55,119 nucleotides of DNA from a virus (taxonomy: Duplodnaviria > Caudoviricetes). Below the pieces are notes generated by a model. The model worked only from the letters and a program-made list of their open reading frames with translations, was not told where the DNA came from and searched no databases. The DNA is taken from positions 1-55,119 of IMG/VR virus record IMGVR_UViG_3300013120_000254. One strand, written 5' to 3'. Each line of letters opens with the position of its first letter. The stretch's first letter is position 1. Both the position numbers and the translations under genes were made by a program. Below are positions 17,604 to 27,568 of the stretch, one piece after another.

Positions 17604-20600
17604 ATGGCATTCGGCCCCGCAAACGAGACCCTGGTCGTCAACATCGTCCTGAGATCGGACGCAGATGTAGCGATCAAGAAGGTCAACAACCAGATCCGGC
17701 GGTTCTCTGATCAGACGCGCGCCAACCTGAGCGGAGCCCAGCGGGCTTTCCGCGCGTTCGGCGCGACGGCTCGCGGGGTAGGGAGGACGCTTCGGGGGCT
17801 GACGGCGCCCCTGCGCTCGCTCAGCCGCAGGTGGGGGGCGCTGGGGGCCACGATCGCCACCACCCTGGCGACCTTCAAGGCCGTCAGCGACGCCCAGAAG
17901 TTCGGCATCGCAGTCGCGGAGATCAGCACGATCTTCGATGATACCGAGCTCCCGCTTGCGCAGGTGGAGGAGCGCCTATTGGGGCTCTCCGAGGCCCTGG
18001 GGCTCGTGGAGACGATCGCCGCCAAGGGCTTCTACCAGATCATCTCCTCGGACATCACCGACGCCGCCGAGGCGATGATCGTTCTGGAGGAGTCGGCCGA
18101 GCTCGCCACCGCAGGCCTAGCCGACATCAAGGGCACGATCGACGTCGTGACGTCGGTCATCAAGGCCTACCAGAAGGACGTCTCCGAGACCGCTGAGATC
18201 ACGGACATCCTGTTCCGGACGGTTGAGAAGGGCAAGACGACCATCCCCGAGCTCTCCACGTCGCTGGGCCAGGTACTGCCCATCGCGGCGTCTCTGGGCG
18301 TCAGCTTCCGGGAGGTCACGGCCGCCGTCGCCACCCTGACCCAAGGCGGCATCGAGACCAACACGGCTGTCATCCAACTGCGGCAAGCCTTCAACCAGCT
18401 CCTGAAGCCGAGCGTCGAAGCGGGCGAGGTGCTGGCTCAGTACCAGATCGACATCAGCCAGTCGGCGATCAAGAGCAAACAGTTCAGTGGTGTGCTGGCC
18501 GAGCTCCGCGAGAAGCTGGGCAACAACGCCGTCGCCTACGCCAGGATCTTCGGCAACATCCGGGGCCTGCTTCCCGTCCTGGCCCTGGCGGACAAGCAGT
18601 TCGAGCAGCACCAGAAGAACCTGAAGGCGCTGGAGAACTCCTACGGCGCTGTGGGCGGGGCCCTAGACCGCCTCTTTGCGTCGCCGTTCAAGCGCGTCCA
18701 GGTCTTCATCAACGCGATCCGCATCCGGCTGCGTGGCGTGGGCGAGGTCTTCATCAAGGCGCTGGATGAGGCCCTGGGCGGAGAGAAGGGGATCCGCAAG
18801 GCGATCGAGGCGCTCGACACGGCCTTCAACATGATGAAGGGCGTTGCGTCGGAGGCCGCGAAGTTTGTCGGCGACTTCGTGGAGCAGCTGGAGAACCTTA
18901 TTCAGCGCTTGGACGCCATCGGCGGAGCCGGGGCAGCCTTCAGGCAGATGGGCGAGGTCATTGGCGCGGCCGTCACCTTGGTTGCACGGGCTGTGGCCGC
19001 GATCGGTATCGCTATCACGGAGCTCTTGGCCCAGCTGCCGAAGGTCATGGCCGCCCTGGTTCGGGAGCTCCAGAAGTCGATCAACGCCCTGGACCCGATG
19101 CCATGGAGGCGGATCTTCGACGTCGAGCTCACCAAGGAGGAATTGCGCGCAGACATTGCGGATGTGCAGCGGGCCTACGCCGATGAAGTGCGCCGCGCCC
19201 GCGAGCGACTGCAGGAGGCGGGCCTTCACTTCGAGATCCTGACTGACGACCAGACCGGCCAGGCGCGGCCAGCGCAGGAGGTCATCGACCAAATCAGGCG
19301 CCTGGAGGAGATGACGGCGTCCGGGGTCACGATCCCGTTCAACGAGGAGATTCTCTTCGGGCCCATCCGCCGCATGGAGGAGATGCGGGAGGGGATGGCG
19401 GCGCTGCGAGCAGAGCTGGAGACGGCCCCCGATTCTGTAAACGACATCGCGCTCAGTCTCGATAGCGCGGTGGAGCCCCTGAGCTTGGTCACCGACGGTG
19501 TGAACAATCTCAGGGAGGCCTGGCGGGGCCTTGACGCCGCGCTGGGGAGGGACGCCATCGCAGCGATCGCCGCGGAGATGTTCCCCGACGCCCTGCGCGT
19601 GCCGTTGGAGGTGGACTTTGCTGACCCCTTCGGCTTTGAGTCTGGCGGGGACACGCTCGATCTTCTGATCGCGAGGCGCCTGGCGGAGGAACGCGCGCAG
19701 ATCGACGAAGAGGCGGCGCGGATCGGCGATGAGCTCAAGGCTTTGGAGCGGCTCTTTGGGGACCTCCAGATCGAGGTCCCGGTTGACATCGCGGTCTTCT
19801 TCGACGACTCCAGCGATGCGACTCAGGAGGTTCTGGACGAGCTCCGTGGGATGCTGGAGGCAGAGTTCCCGGTTAGCGTCCCGATCACGATGGGCGAGGA
19901 GAACCTGCTCTCTTTCATCGACCGCGCGCAGGAGGCGGTCAACATTCTCAACAGCCTGCGAGAGCCGGTGGCCGATAGTCTTCAGGACGAGCTGGACATC
20001 CTTGACGCTGGGGTTGGGTTGCGCAGAGCGCAGCTGGCAGTGCAGCTTCGCCAGATCGGCGCCAACAAAGAGCTGACAGCCGAGGCGCTCAGGGCGTTCG
20101 AGGCTGCCGAGAAAGCCCAGCGCGCTGCCATCATCGGCTTCAGCGACGGCCTGCAGTTCTTCGAGCAGCTCGCCGGCAAGGCGGAGGTGACGTATGAGCT
20201 CCAGGCTGAGGGCATCGAACGCGCCACCGAGAAGCTCCGCGAGCAGCTGGACCTGGCGATTGAACTGGGGTTCGTGGCGGTGGAGCTGCGCCCCCGCTTC
20301 GAGGCCGCCATCGACGCCAACCGCGCCAAGCAATTCGCGGACGCTCTCGACTTCGAGTCAATCCGCAAGGAGGTGGAGGTCTTCGCCAAGACGACCACCA
20401 TCTCCATGCAGGACCAGGTCACGCTGGCCCAGTCCGTTGCGAAAGAGGAGCGCGAGCGGCTGGTGCGCCTGGCAGAGAACGTCTCGCTCACCGAGGAGCA
20501 GCGAGACCTCCTGCTCCACATGGCCGAGGCGGTCGAGAGCGTCAAGATCCGGGAGGCGCTGGACTTCAGCTCCGTCTCGGATGAGCTCGACAACATCCGG

Positions 20601-22250
20601 GCCAACGTCCAGCCGCTCTTCGTGGACATCGTCCGGCGCGAGGAGGAGCGCTTCGCGGTCATCGAGGAGCGCAATCGTCTCCTCGTGGAGACGGGGCAGC
20701 GCACACAGTCCGAGCTCACACAGATCCGTGAGGCAATCGAGCTGGAGCGCGAGCGGTTTACTATCGAGCAAGCGCGCTCCGTCCTGAGTAGCGCGGCCTT
20801 CGAGCAGCGCAGCTTCGTGAGCGGGGCCCGCGAGACGATCGACTTCGAGGCTCGCACGGACGCCCTGGACAACCTGGGGCTTACCGAGATCCCCGAGATT
20901 GGGACCAAAGCGTTTGACGACCTGCGTCGCGAGTACAACCGGGTCCTGGAGGAGATGCTCGGGGACTCGGAGGCTTTCCGCGACGGCTTCCTCTCCACGC
21001 TCGGGGATCTGGCGTTGGAGTTCGGGGACAGCTTCGAGACTGGGGCGGCCCTGGCTCGGGACGCGATCTACAGTGTCCGCAACGCTACAGCGAACGCTCT
21101 GGCTGAGCTGATGACCCTCCACGAGGAGGGCGAGAACACGGCTGAGGCTGTCGTCGAGGCCTTCCGCCAGAATCTGGCCCGGGGCCTGGCCCAGGCCGTC
21201 TCGAACGCCCTGACGGACATGACCCTCGGGTTCCTGCTGAGCCCCTTCGAGGGCCTGGCCGAGAAGCTCGGCTTCGGAGAGGACCCGGAATCCCTTGCGG
21301 TTGCGGAGTTCGCAGGCCAGGAGCTCGCGAAGATCCAGGCGGCGGCGACCCAGTCAATCGCGGAAGTGTCCCAGGCCGGGACGGCGGCGGCCACTTCCAT
21401 TGAAGGCACGTTCGCTGCCCAGCTCCCGCAACTCCAGGCCGTCCTGGAGATGCCGGCCGTGAAGCTCAACCTAGCCGCTGACAAGCTCCTGGCGCTCGCC
21501 GCAGGCCAGATGGCCACAGGGGCCGCTCTGGCCCCCGGGGCTGTTGCAGGGGCCGCTCAGGGCGCCGCAGCGGGCGGTGGGTACGGGGCCGCCGTCGGGG
21601 CGATGAGCGGCATGGCCGTGGAGGGCGGGAAGCTCGCCGCTGAGGCCCTAACTCAGTCAGCGGAAGACCTCGCCCTGGCCGCCGCAACGAGTGAAGCGGC
21701 GGGCCAGGCGGTGAGCGTCGCGGGGTCCGCGTCGCTGCACCCCGCCGGCAGCGCCCTGATCGCAGCTGCGGCTGCCCTTGACGCCGCTGCGGCCGTCCTA
21801 GCCGCTTCGGGAACAGTTGGCGGGGCCACGGGGGGCGTCTTCCCCAGCCTCGGCAACATCGAATCCCCCACGCTCAAGTTCGGCGACGGCGGCATCAAGC
21901 GCCCGATCCAGAAGCTGGGCCTGGGCGGCATCAAGATGACCCGCACATTCGCTGAGATCGGCGAACGGGGGCAGCCCGAGGCTGTGGTCCCCCTGCCTGG
22001 CGCCGGCCGCGCGATCCCGGTGGAGTTCCAGAACCCTGAGCGCGCCTACGCTGGCGGCTCAGCGCCGGTCAACATGACCGTGGCCGTCAACACCACCCTC
22101 TCGTTCCAGAACCTCGACCCCAGGTCAACGCAGGAGGTCGTCGCAGCTCAGCTCCCGGGCATCAACCGGATGATCGCCGCGAGCCTGACGACTGGGCGCG
22201 ACCGCAACCTGGAGAAGGCAATCCAGCAGGTGGCGCGTCGTGGCCAATAA
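17604..22250 (+). CDS. tail tape measure protein
   Basis: 1548 aa helical Ala/Glu-rich; TP901-like core (GKTTIPELSTSLGQVLPIAASLGVSF); C-terminal GERGQPEAVVPL. Confidence 0.92.
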   Translation: MAFGPANETLVVNIVLRSDADVAIKKVNNQIRRFSDQTRANLSGAQRAFRAFGATARGVGRTLRGLTAPLRSLSRRWGALGATIATTLATFKAVSDAQKFGIAVAEISTIFDDTELPLAQVEERLLGLSEALGLVETIAAKGFYQIISSDITDAAEAMIVLEESAELATAGLADIKGTIDVVTSVIKAYQKDVSETAEITDILFRTVEKGKTTIPELSTSLGQVLPIAASLGVSFREVTAAVATLTQGGIETNTAVIQLRQAFNQLLKPSVEAGEVLAQYQIDISQSAIKSKQFSGVLAELREKLGNNAVAYARIFGNIRGLLPVLALADKQFEQHQKNLKALENSYGAVGGALDRLFASPFKRVQVFINAIRIRLRGVGEVFIKALDEALGGEKGIRKAIEALDTAFNMMKGVASEAAKFVGDFVEQLENLIQRLDAIGGAGAAFRQMGEVIGAAVTLVARAVAAIGIAITELLAQLPKVMAALVRELQKSINALDPMPWRRIFDVELTKEELRADIADVQRAYADEVRRARERLQEAGLHFEILTDDQTGQARPAQEVIDQIRRLEEMTASGVTIPFNEEILFGPIRRMEEMREGMAALRAELETAPDSVNDIALSLDSAVEPLSLVTDGVNNLREAWRGLDAALGRDAIAAIAAEMFPDALRVPLEVDFADPFGFESGGDTLDLLIARRLAEERAQIDEEAARIGDELKALERLFGDLQIEVPVDIAVFFDDSSDATQEVLDELRGMLEAEFPVSVPITMGEENLLSFIDRAQEAVNILNSLREPVADSLQDELDILDAGVGLRRAQLAVQLRQIGANKELTAEALRAFEAAEKAQRAAIIGFSDGLQFFEQLAGKAEVTYELQAEGIERATEKLREQLDLAIELGFVAVELRPRFEAAIDANRAKQFADALDFESIRKEVEVFAKTTTISMQDQVTLAQSVAKEERERLVRLAENVSLTEEQRDLLLHMAEAVESVKIREALDFSSVSDELDNIRANVQPLFVDIVRREEERFAVIEERNRLLVETGQRTQSELTQIREAIELERERFTIEQARSVLSSAAFEQRSFVSGARETIDFEARTDALDNLGLTEIPEIGTKAFDDLRREYNRVLEEMLGDSEAFRDGFLSTLGDLALEFGDSFETGAALARDAIYSVRNATANALAELMTLHEEGENTAEAVVEAFRQNLARGLAQAVSNALTDMTLGFLLSPFEGLAEKLGFGEDPESLAVAEFAGQELAKIQAAATQSIAEVSQAGTAAATSIEGTFAAQLPQLQAVLEMPAVKLNLAADKLLALAAGQMATGAALAPGAVAGAAQGAAAGGGYGAAVGAMSGMAVEGGKLAAEALTQSAEDLALAAATSEAAGQAVSVAGSASLHPAGSALIAAAAALDAAAAVLAASGTVGGATGGVFPSLGNIESPTLKFGDGGIKRPIQKLGLGGIKMTRTFAEIGERGQPEAVVPLPGAGRAIPVEFQNPERAYAGGSAPVNMTVAVNTTLSFQNLDPRSTQEVVAAQLPGINRMIAASLTTGRDRNLEKAIQQVARRGQ

Positions 22251-25200
22251 TCTCCCCGCAGACGACTCGTTCGCAGACGTCGCGCTCTCCAACAACAGCG
22301 GGCCGAGGTGGACGAAGCCATGCCTCTGGCTGCCGGGGCTGCTCTGGAACAACGGCGCCGACACGACCACCGGGCACTCCATCACGCCCGAGGTCTGCAA
22401 CATCCACAACGCCTACGCGGACACGGAGGCTGCGTGCCAGGGCGCCAGCGGCTCCACGTCGCCTGGCGTGGGCGGCTGGATCTTCCGGGATGCTGAAACG
22501 GAAGACTGCAGCGTCATCGGCAACTTCTACGTCCGAACGGTTGCGGGCAACTGGACCTTCGATAGCAGCGGGGCGAGGACTCTCTGCTACGGGGTCATGG
22601 CACGGATCACCGGAGCGGCTGGAGCGCAGCTGACATCCAACGCCAACACGGACTTCTCTGAGACCTTCCTGGGCCCGAGCTACTATGCGCTGGTCCGGAC
22701 CGGCGACTGGAGCGGCGGGGTCTTCGAGAACTACTACTCGCTCCTGCGCGTGATCGGGCCTGCGACCCCCGGCGGCAACTCCACCATCACGCTGCTGGAT
22801 CAGCTACAGGAAGACCAGTCCACGTCGCTCTGGAAGCAGCACCACCAAGCCAGCAGGACCGGCGGCCTACGCCTAGACATCATCACCAACGGCTCCACGG
22901 CCGAGATCACCTGCTACCGCATGACGGGCTTCGGCGAGTCGGTGGAGCTCCTCCAGTGCGACGACACAGACCCCGCTGCGATCCTGGAGACTGGCCACGG
23001 CGGCATGATGATGCTGGCGGAGGGCTACGGGACTTCCTCTAGCGACAAGTACGTCTTCTCCTGCGGCAACTGGCAGATCACGGACGGCACAGACGTGCTG
23101 GCGCGGGACGAGTGGGAGCGCACCAACCTGGACGCTGCGCAGATCACGCCCCTGGACGGCCACAATCGCCGTGGCCCCACGCTGATGGGGAAGTACACGG
23201 GGGATCAGTCCGGCTTCTCCGCCTTCGACGACGCGCTCTTGCGCAACTCCTCCAACGAGTATCTAGAGGTGGACTCCTCGCCCAACGGCGGCTTTCACAT
23301 CGCCTACGATCCGGCGAGCAACCCGTACGTCCAGTCGCGCAAGCTGACGGCCTACTGGACCGCGGGCGCCGCTGGGACACGCCGAGCGGGGGTCGTGCTG
23401 CGCGCGGCGCTTGGCCCCGCGGCGGTTTACGAGCAAGGGCTGACAAGCGGGGTGGACAAGACGGGCTATGCGCTCGTCGTCGAAACGGTGTCCACAACGG
23501 TTTGGAGCACGCGGATCTACCGCTGGTCTAACGGGAGCTATGCGATCATCGCCTCGCGGCTCCTGAACCAGTCCGGGGACCCGTTTACTCCGTCTTTCGG
23601 CTCCGACATCGAGATTACATTCAGCATTGAGAACAGGAATGGATCGAGCCACGCTACCGGCAGCGTTTATCTAGAGCCCCTCTTCGACGGGCACAAGCTG
23701 ACGGGTTGGACGATCTCTACCGATGGCGCCATTGAGAACGACGACGGCACCATCACCGATGGGAGCTCGGGTCGCGTCCTTGCAGGCCCGGGGCAGGGCT
23801 TCTACTCCCAGGTCTCCGGCGCCAACGAGGTGAGGCTCCAGGCGTTTGATCAAGAGGCGATCTCTTACGCACTGGACGAGCGCGAACAACTAGGGATCCC
23901 CGTGAGCCAAGAACAATCAGGAGCAACGCAGACGCTCCAGATCAAGCACCACTGGCCGGTGTCTCGGCGCACAGTCGCCTACGACCAGGAGCACGAGACC
24001 GAGATCGGCTACCGGCACCGACACAAGTCCGCGCAGTTCCAGCGCCGCGAGTGGACGCTGAAGTCCAGAGCGGCCACCGCGGAAGAGGTGGCGGATCTGC
24101 GCGAGGACATCCGCGCGGCTGGCGGCTGGGATGCCCCGATGAACTGGGTCACGCCCGATCAGGACTCTGTGGTCGTGCGGCTCAACAAGGACAGCTTCAA
24201 GGTCGTCAAGATCGACAAGGACGTCTACGCCTTCACGCTGACGCTGACGGAGGCTGTCGGCCCCGAGCTCATTGCGACCTACTTCGAGGGCCGGACCGCA
24301 TTGGGCGAGGTGGATCCGTCCGGGTGGTTCAACATGCACTGGGAGGAGGACGGAACCCAGATTGCGAACCCGGAGACCGGGGAGTCTGCGTCCACGGTGA
24401 ACCCCAGGCCGCTGACGATCCTCTTCGAGGAGGAGCTGGAGGGCCCGGGGCTGATCTACTTCGAGACCGGCGGGGACGCCATCGCCGACACCAACTACAC
24501 GATCTCCGAGACCAGCCCGCTATCGGTCGCTGCTGGAGACACCGAGGCGACGATCAACATCACCTTCTTGAACCGCGGGCGCTGGTATCGAGAGCGCACC
24601 CTCACCATCACGCTCACGGACGTGGCTGGGGCGGTCAAGCTCTCCACGCTCCCGAGGCTGGAGTACCACGTTGGAATCAGGCCGAACCCTGGGGAGATCC
24701 CGGACGTGGAGTTCAAGGCGGCCTCCTCAGCCAAGTCGGCGGGCGTTCAGTCCTTCGGCGTCCCGGTCTACCTGAACAGCAACTCCCCGCCGGTCTCGGA
24801 CGAGGACACGACCTGCTACATCCGGGACGAGTCCACTGGGACCGTGACTTACACCATCGAAAACGGCTTCATTCCGAGCGGGGTCACTTCGACGGAGGAC
24901 ACGGGCGGCGAGGACGTGGTGGTCAACATCACCAACTCAGGCACCGGCACCATCACGCTGCACCTGGACCACCCGCCGGACGATGGCTCTGAAGACAACC
25001 ACTGGACGTTCACGGACAACTTCCTGCACGAGGGCGTAGACAGCTCGCTGGACTTCGAGGACCAGCGCGTCGGGGAGTACCAGATCCCCTTCGCCGGGGA
25101 GCCCGGCACTTACAGCCGGGGCGGCGGAACAAACGCGCCTGGGTATGAGGACTACCCGGGCCTCTATATCACCCAGCAGTCAGACATCGGCGTCTCGCCC

Positions 25201-26523
25201 GGCGACATCAAGTACCAGCCAAGCGGCGAGGAGATGTGGGTCATCCGCCAGTCCGACTACCTCAAGGGCTGGGGGCAGTGGTACTGGAGGGAGTCCTTCG
25301 CGTCCGCTCAGTACAGCGGGACGACGGGGCGCAAGCTCACCTTTGACACCTACTGCTTGATGTCCGGGTACGTGGACGAGCTCCCCACTGGGGTGGACGG
25401 GAACACCTCCTACTTCGTCACGATCAACCACCGGAACCGCGCGCCTGGCGATGTGGAGTTCGGCGTCATCTTCCAGCGCGGCGCCGCCTCCACGGACGTA
25501 GACACTGACTGCACAGGGAACACGAGTCAGCTTTGGAGCGGAGGCGGCTCTGTCGCCACCGTCAACACGCCCTGCGGCTACTGGGGCCTCTGGAGCAAAA
25601 AGCACCTGGACAGCAGCGCTCGATGGGGGGTGGAGGTCGAGACGATCGACGGGGCCGACTACACGCGGCTGTGGGTGTTGACTCACTACGACGGGCTCTC
25701 CTGGTACGAGAACAACTCCGCGCACACGGACAGCGGCACGGCTGACTCCGGCTCCAGCAGCACGCAACTGGTGGACACCGGGCGCAACTTCACCACCGAG
25801 GGCTTCGGGGTCGGCGACGTCATCGAGAACATCACCGATGGCTGCTGGGGCTGGATCACTGCCGTGGGGACCACCACAGCGACCCACACCACGCTCAAGG
25901 ATGGCCGCGACAACGACTGGGGGACGGGCGGCGGCGACTCCTACCGGATCTGGAAGAACCACCGCGGTACGGTCAGCGCAGGGTCCACGCCGACCAACAT
26001 CTACGACGCAGCCGGGGGGTTTACGGCGACCTTCGGGACCACGTCACTCTACCTCAAGGAGATCAAGAACGAGACCACTGGCGAGCTGGTGACGGTCGCC
26101 ATCGGGGGCGTGGTCGATGACAACAACATCTCAACAGAGACAGCTAGCCTCGGCTGGAACACGGGCGACCAGTACACCGTTCGCTGGAAGTCGGCGGCCC
26201 CCACTACATCCTGGGAGGGCAACGCGATCTACCGTTGCGCCTACGCGAGCAACAGCGACTCTTTCAACGGCGAGGATGCCTCATCCGTCAGGTATGGCGG
26301 CGTGGCCAATCTGAGGAAGGCCGGGGTGGCCTGCTGGGGGCCGGTCTACGTGGCCAAGAGCACCACCTACAGTAACCCTCCGCCGCCCTACGACGGCCAT
26401 CCGACTCCCGGCACTGCCGCGCCGGGCCGCTACTGGGAGCGCCTGGGGCACTGGCTTGAGCCGCGCGGCAACGCTTACCTGCAGCTCGCTGGCAACACGA
26501 GCCACACGATCACCGTCACATGA
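22240..26523 (+). CDS. large multidomain distal-tail protein (lectin-like N-terminus, gpM-like core, Calx-beta-like Ig domains)
   Basis: 1427 aa S/T/G/W/Y rich; follows tape measure; LSVAAGDTEATINIT...ERTLTITLTD Calx-beta-like. Confidence 0.7.
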   Translation: MANNLPADDSFADVALSNNSGPRWTKPCLWLPGLLWNNGADTTTGHSITPEVCNIHNAYADTEAACQGASGSTSPGVGGWIFRDAETEDCSVIGNFYVRTVAGNWTFDSSGARTLCYGVMARITGAAGAQLTSNANTDFSETFLGPSYYALVRTGDWSGGVFENYYSLLRVIGPATPGGNSTITLLDQLQEDQSTSLWKQHHQASRTGGLRLDIITNGSTAEITCYRMTGFGESVELLQCDDTDPAAILETGHGGMMMLAEGYGTSSSDKYVFSCGNWQITDGTDVLARDEWERTNLDAAQITPLDGHNRRGPTLMGKYTGDQSGFSAFDDALLRNSSNEYLEVDSSPNGGFHIAYDPASNPYVQSRKLTAYWTAGAAGTRRAGVVLRAALGPAAVYEQGLTSGVDKTGYALVVETVSTTVWSTRIYRWSNGSYAIIASRLLNQSGDPFTPSFGSDIEITFSIENRNGSSHATGSVYLEPLFDGHKLTGWTISTDGAIENDDGTITDGSSGRVLAGPGQGFYSQVSGANEVRLQAFDQEAISYALDEREQLGIPVSQEQSGATQTLQIKHHWPVSRRTVAYDQEHETEIGYRHRHKSAQFQRREWTLKSRAATAEEVADLREDIRAAGGWDAPMNWVTPDQDSVVVRLNKDSFKVVKIDKDVYAFTLTLTEAVGPELIATYFEGRTALGEVDPSGWFNMHWEEDGTQIANPETGESASTVNPRPLTILFEEELEGPGLIYFETGGDAIADTNYTISETSPLSVAAGDTEATINITFLNRGRWYRERTLTITLTDVAGAVKLSTLPRLEYHVGIRPNPGEIPDVEFKAASSAKSAGVQSFGVPVYLNSNSPPVSDEDTTCYIRDESTGTVTYTIENGFIPSGVTSTEDTGGEDVVVNITNSGTGTITLHLDHPPDDGSEDNHWTFTDNFLHEGVDSSLDFEDQRVGEYQIPFAGEPGTYSRGGGTNAPGYEDYPGLYITQQSDIGVSPGDIKYQPSGEEMWVIRQSDYLKGWGQWYWRESFASAQYSGTTGRKLTFDTYCLMSGYVDELPTGVDGNTSYFVTINHRNRAPGDVEFGVIFQRGAASTDVDTDCTGNTSQLWSGGGSVATVNTPCGYWGLWSKKHLDSSARWGVEVETIDGADYTRLWVLTHYDGLSWYENNSAHTDSGTADSGSSSTQLVDTGRNFTTEGFGVGDVIENITDGCWGWITAVGTTTATHTTLKDGRDNDWGTGGGDSYRIWKNHRGTVSAGSTPTNIYDAAGGFTATFGTTSLYLKEIKNETTGELVTVAIGGVVDDNNISTETASLGWNTGDQYTVRWKSAAPTTSWEGNAIYRCAYASNSDSFNGEDASSVRYGGVANLRKAGVACWGPVYVAKSTTYSNPPPPYDGHPTPGTAAPGRYWERLGHWLEPRGNAYLQLAGNTSHTITVT

Positions 26524-27191
26524 CCGACTACGGCAGACAGCTGTTTCAGGAAGGCCGCGCCATCGCCGCGACCGATGAGATGGTCTGGCTGGTGGAGGCG
26601 GAGATCCCCTCCTCGCCGCTGACGCGGATCCGATTGACGAGCAACAACAACGCCCTGACTTTCGGCGAGGCCCTGGACGGCACACCCAACACCTACTGGC
26701 CCTACCCGATGAAGGTGGGGGGCATCACGAGGACCAAGGCCGGCGACCTACCTCAGATCCAGGTCGCGATCTCCAACTCGGCCAAGGACGTGATGGAGTA
26801 CATGGTCGAATACAACGGCCTGGTCGGGCAGCCAGCCGCCGTGCGGCTTGTGAACCTGGGCAACCTCCAGGACTACGAGAACCAGCTGCCCTTCCAGGGC
26901 GAGATCATCACGACGGAAGCCAGCCACCAGGCGGTCACGTTCTCGATCGGCCGCTTCAACGTGAAGAGCCTGCGCTTCCCGCGCCAGCGCTTCGTGGCTC
27001 ACCACTGCCGGTTCCAGTTCGGGGCTCCCCCGTGCGGGTACGATCGAGACCACCCGACGGCGACCTACTCAACCTGTGGCCGCACGTACCCTGAGTGCGT
27101 GACCCGCGGCGATGACGAGGAGTCCGTGATGGGCGTCAGCCGGCAGCACCCGACGCGCTTCGGTGGATGGAGGTCCATACCTGTCGGATGA
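26520..27191 (+). CDS. lambda gpL-like minor tail protein (Cys cluster)
   Basis: YWPYPM, C-terminal CRFQFGAPPCGY...CGRTYPEC...RFGG. Confidence 0.8.
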   Translation: MTDYGRQLFQEGRAIAATDEMVWLVEAEIPSSPLTRIRLTSNNNALTFGEALDGTPNTYWPYPMKVGGITRTKAGDLPQIQVAISNSAKDVMEYMVEYNGLVGQPAAVRLVNLGNLQDYENQLPFQGEIITTEASHQAVTFSIGRFNVKSLRFPRQRFVAHHCRFQFGAPPCGYDRDHPTATYSTCGRTYPECVTRGDDEESVMGVSRQHPTRFGGWRSIPVG

Positions 27192-27568
27192 AGCGCCCCA
27201 GCTACAACGACCTCCTCCGGCGGTCCTACGCTGAGTGCAACTGCGCAGAGGCGGTGGCCGAGTACCTCCGCCGCCTGGGCCAGGATGAGGCCGCGCGCAC
27301 CATGCCCCTCAGTCACGAGGCGGCGGCCGAGGCCCTCAAGGTCGAGCAACCGCTGTGGGAGCGGATCGGCGATGATCCGCAGCGCCTAAACGAGGCCGGC
27401 GTGGTCATCATCTCGGAGGGAGTAGGCGGGGAGCTCCAGGCGGCGGTGACCGTGGGCGGCGACTTGGCCTTGACGGCCACGCGGGCCCGCGGGGTTCATG
27501 CCGTGAAGCTGAGAGGCTATCGTGATCTCACCGTGCATGGCTGTTACAGGTGGCGCGGTAAGCCATGA
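27188..27568 (+). CDS. degenerate NlpC/P60 (gpK-like) tail assembly protein
   Basis: NCAEAVAEYLRRLG, RGVH, GCYRW; between gpL- and gpJ-like genes. Confidence 0.55.
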   Translation: MKRPSYNDLLRRSYAECNCAEAVAEYLRRLGQDEAARTMPLSHEAAAEALKVEQPLWERIGDDPQRLNEAGVVIISEGVGGELQAAVTVGGDLALTATRARGVHAVKLRGYRDLTVHGCYRWRGKP

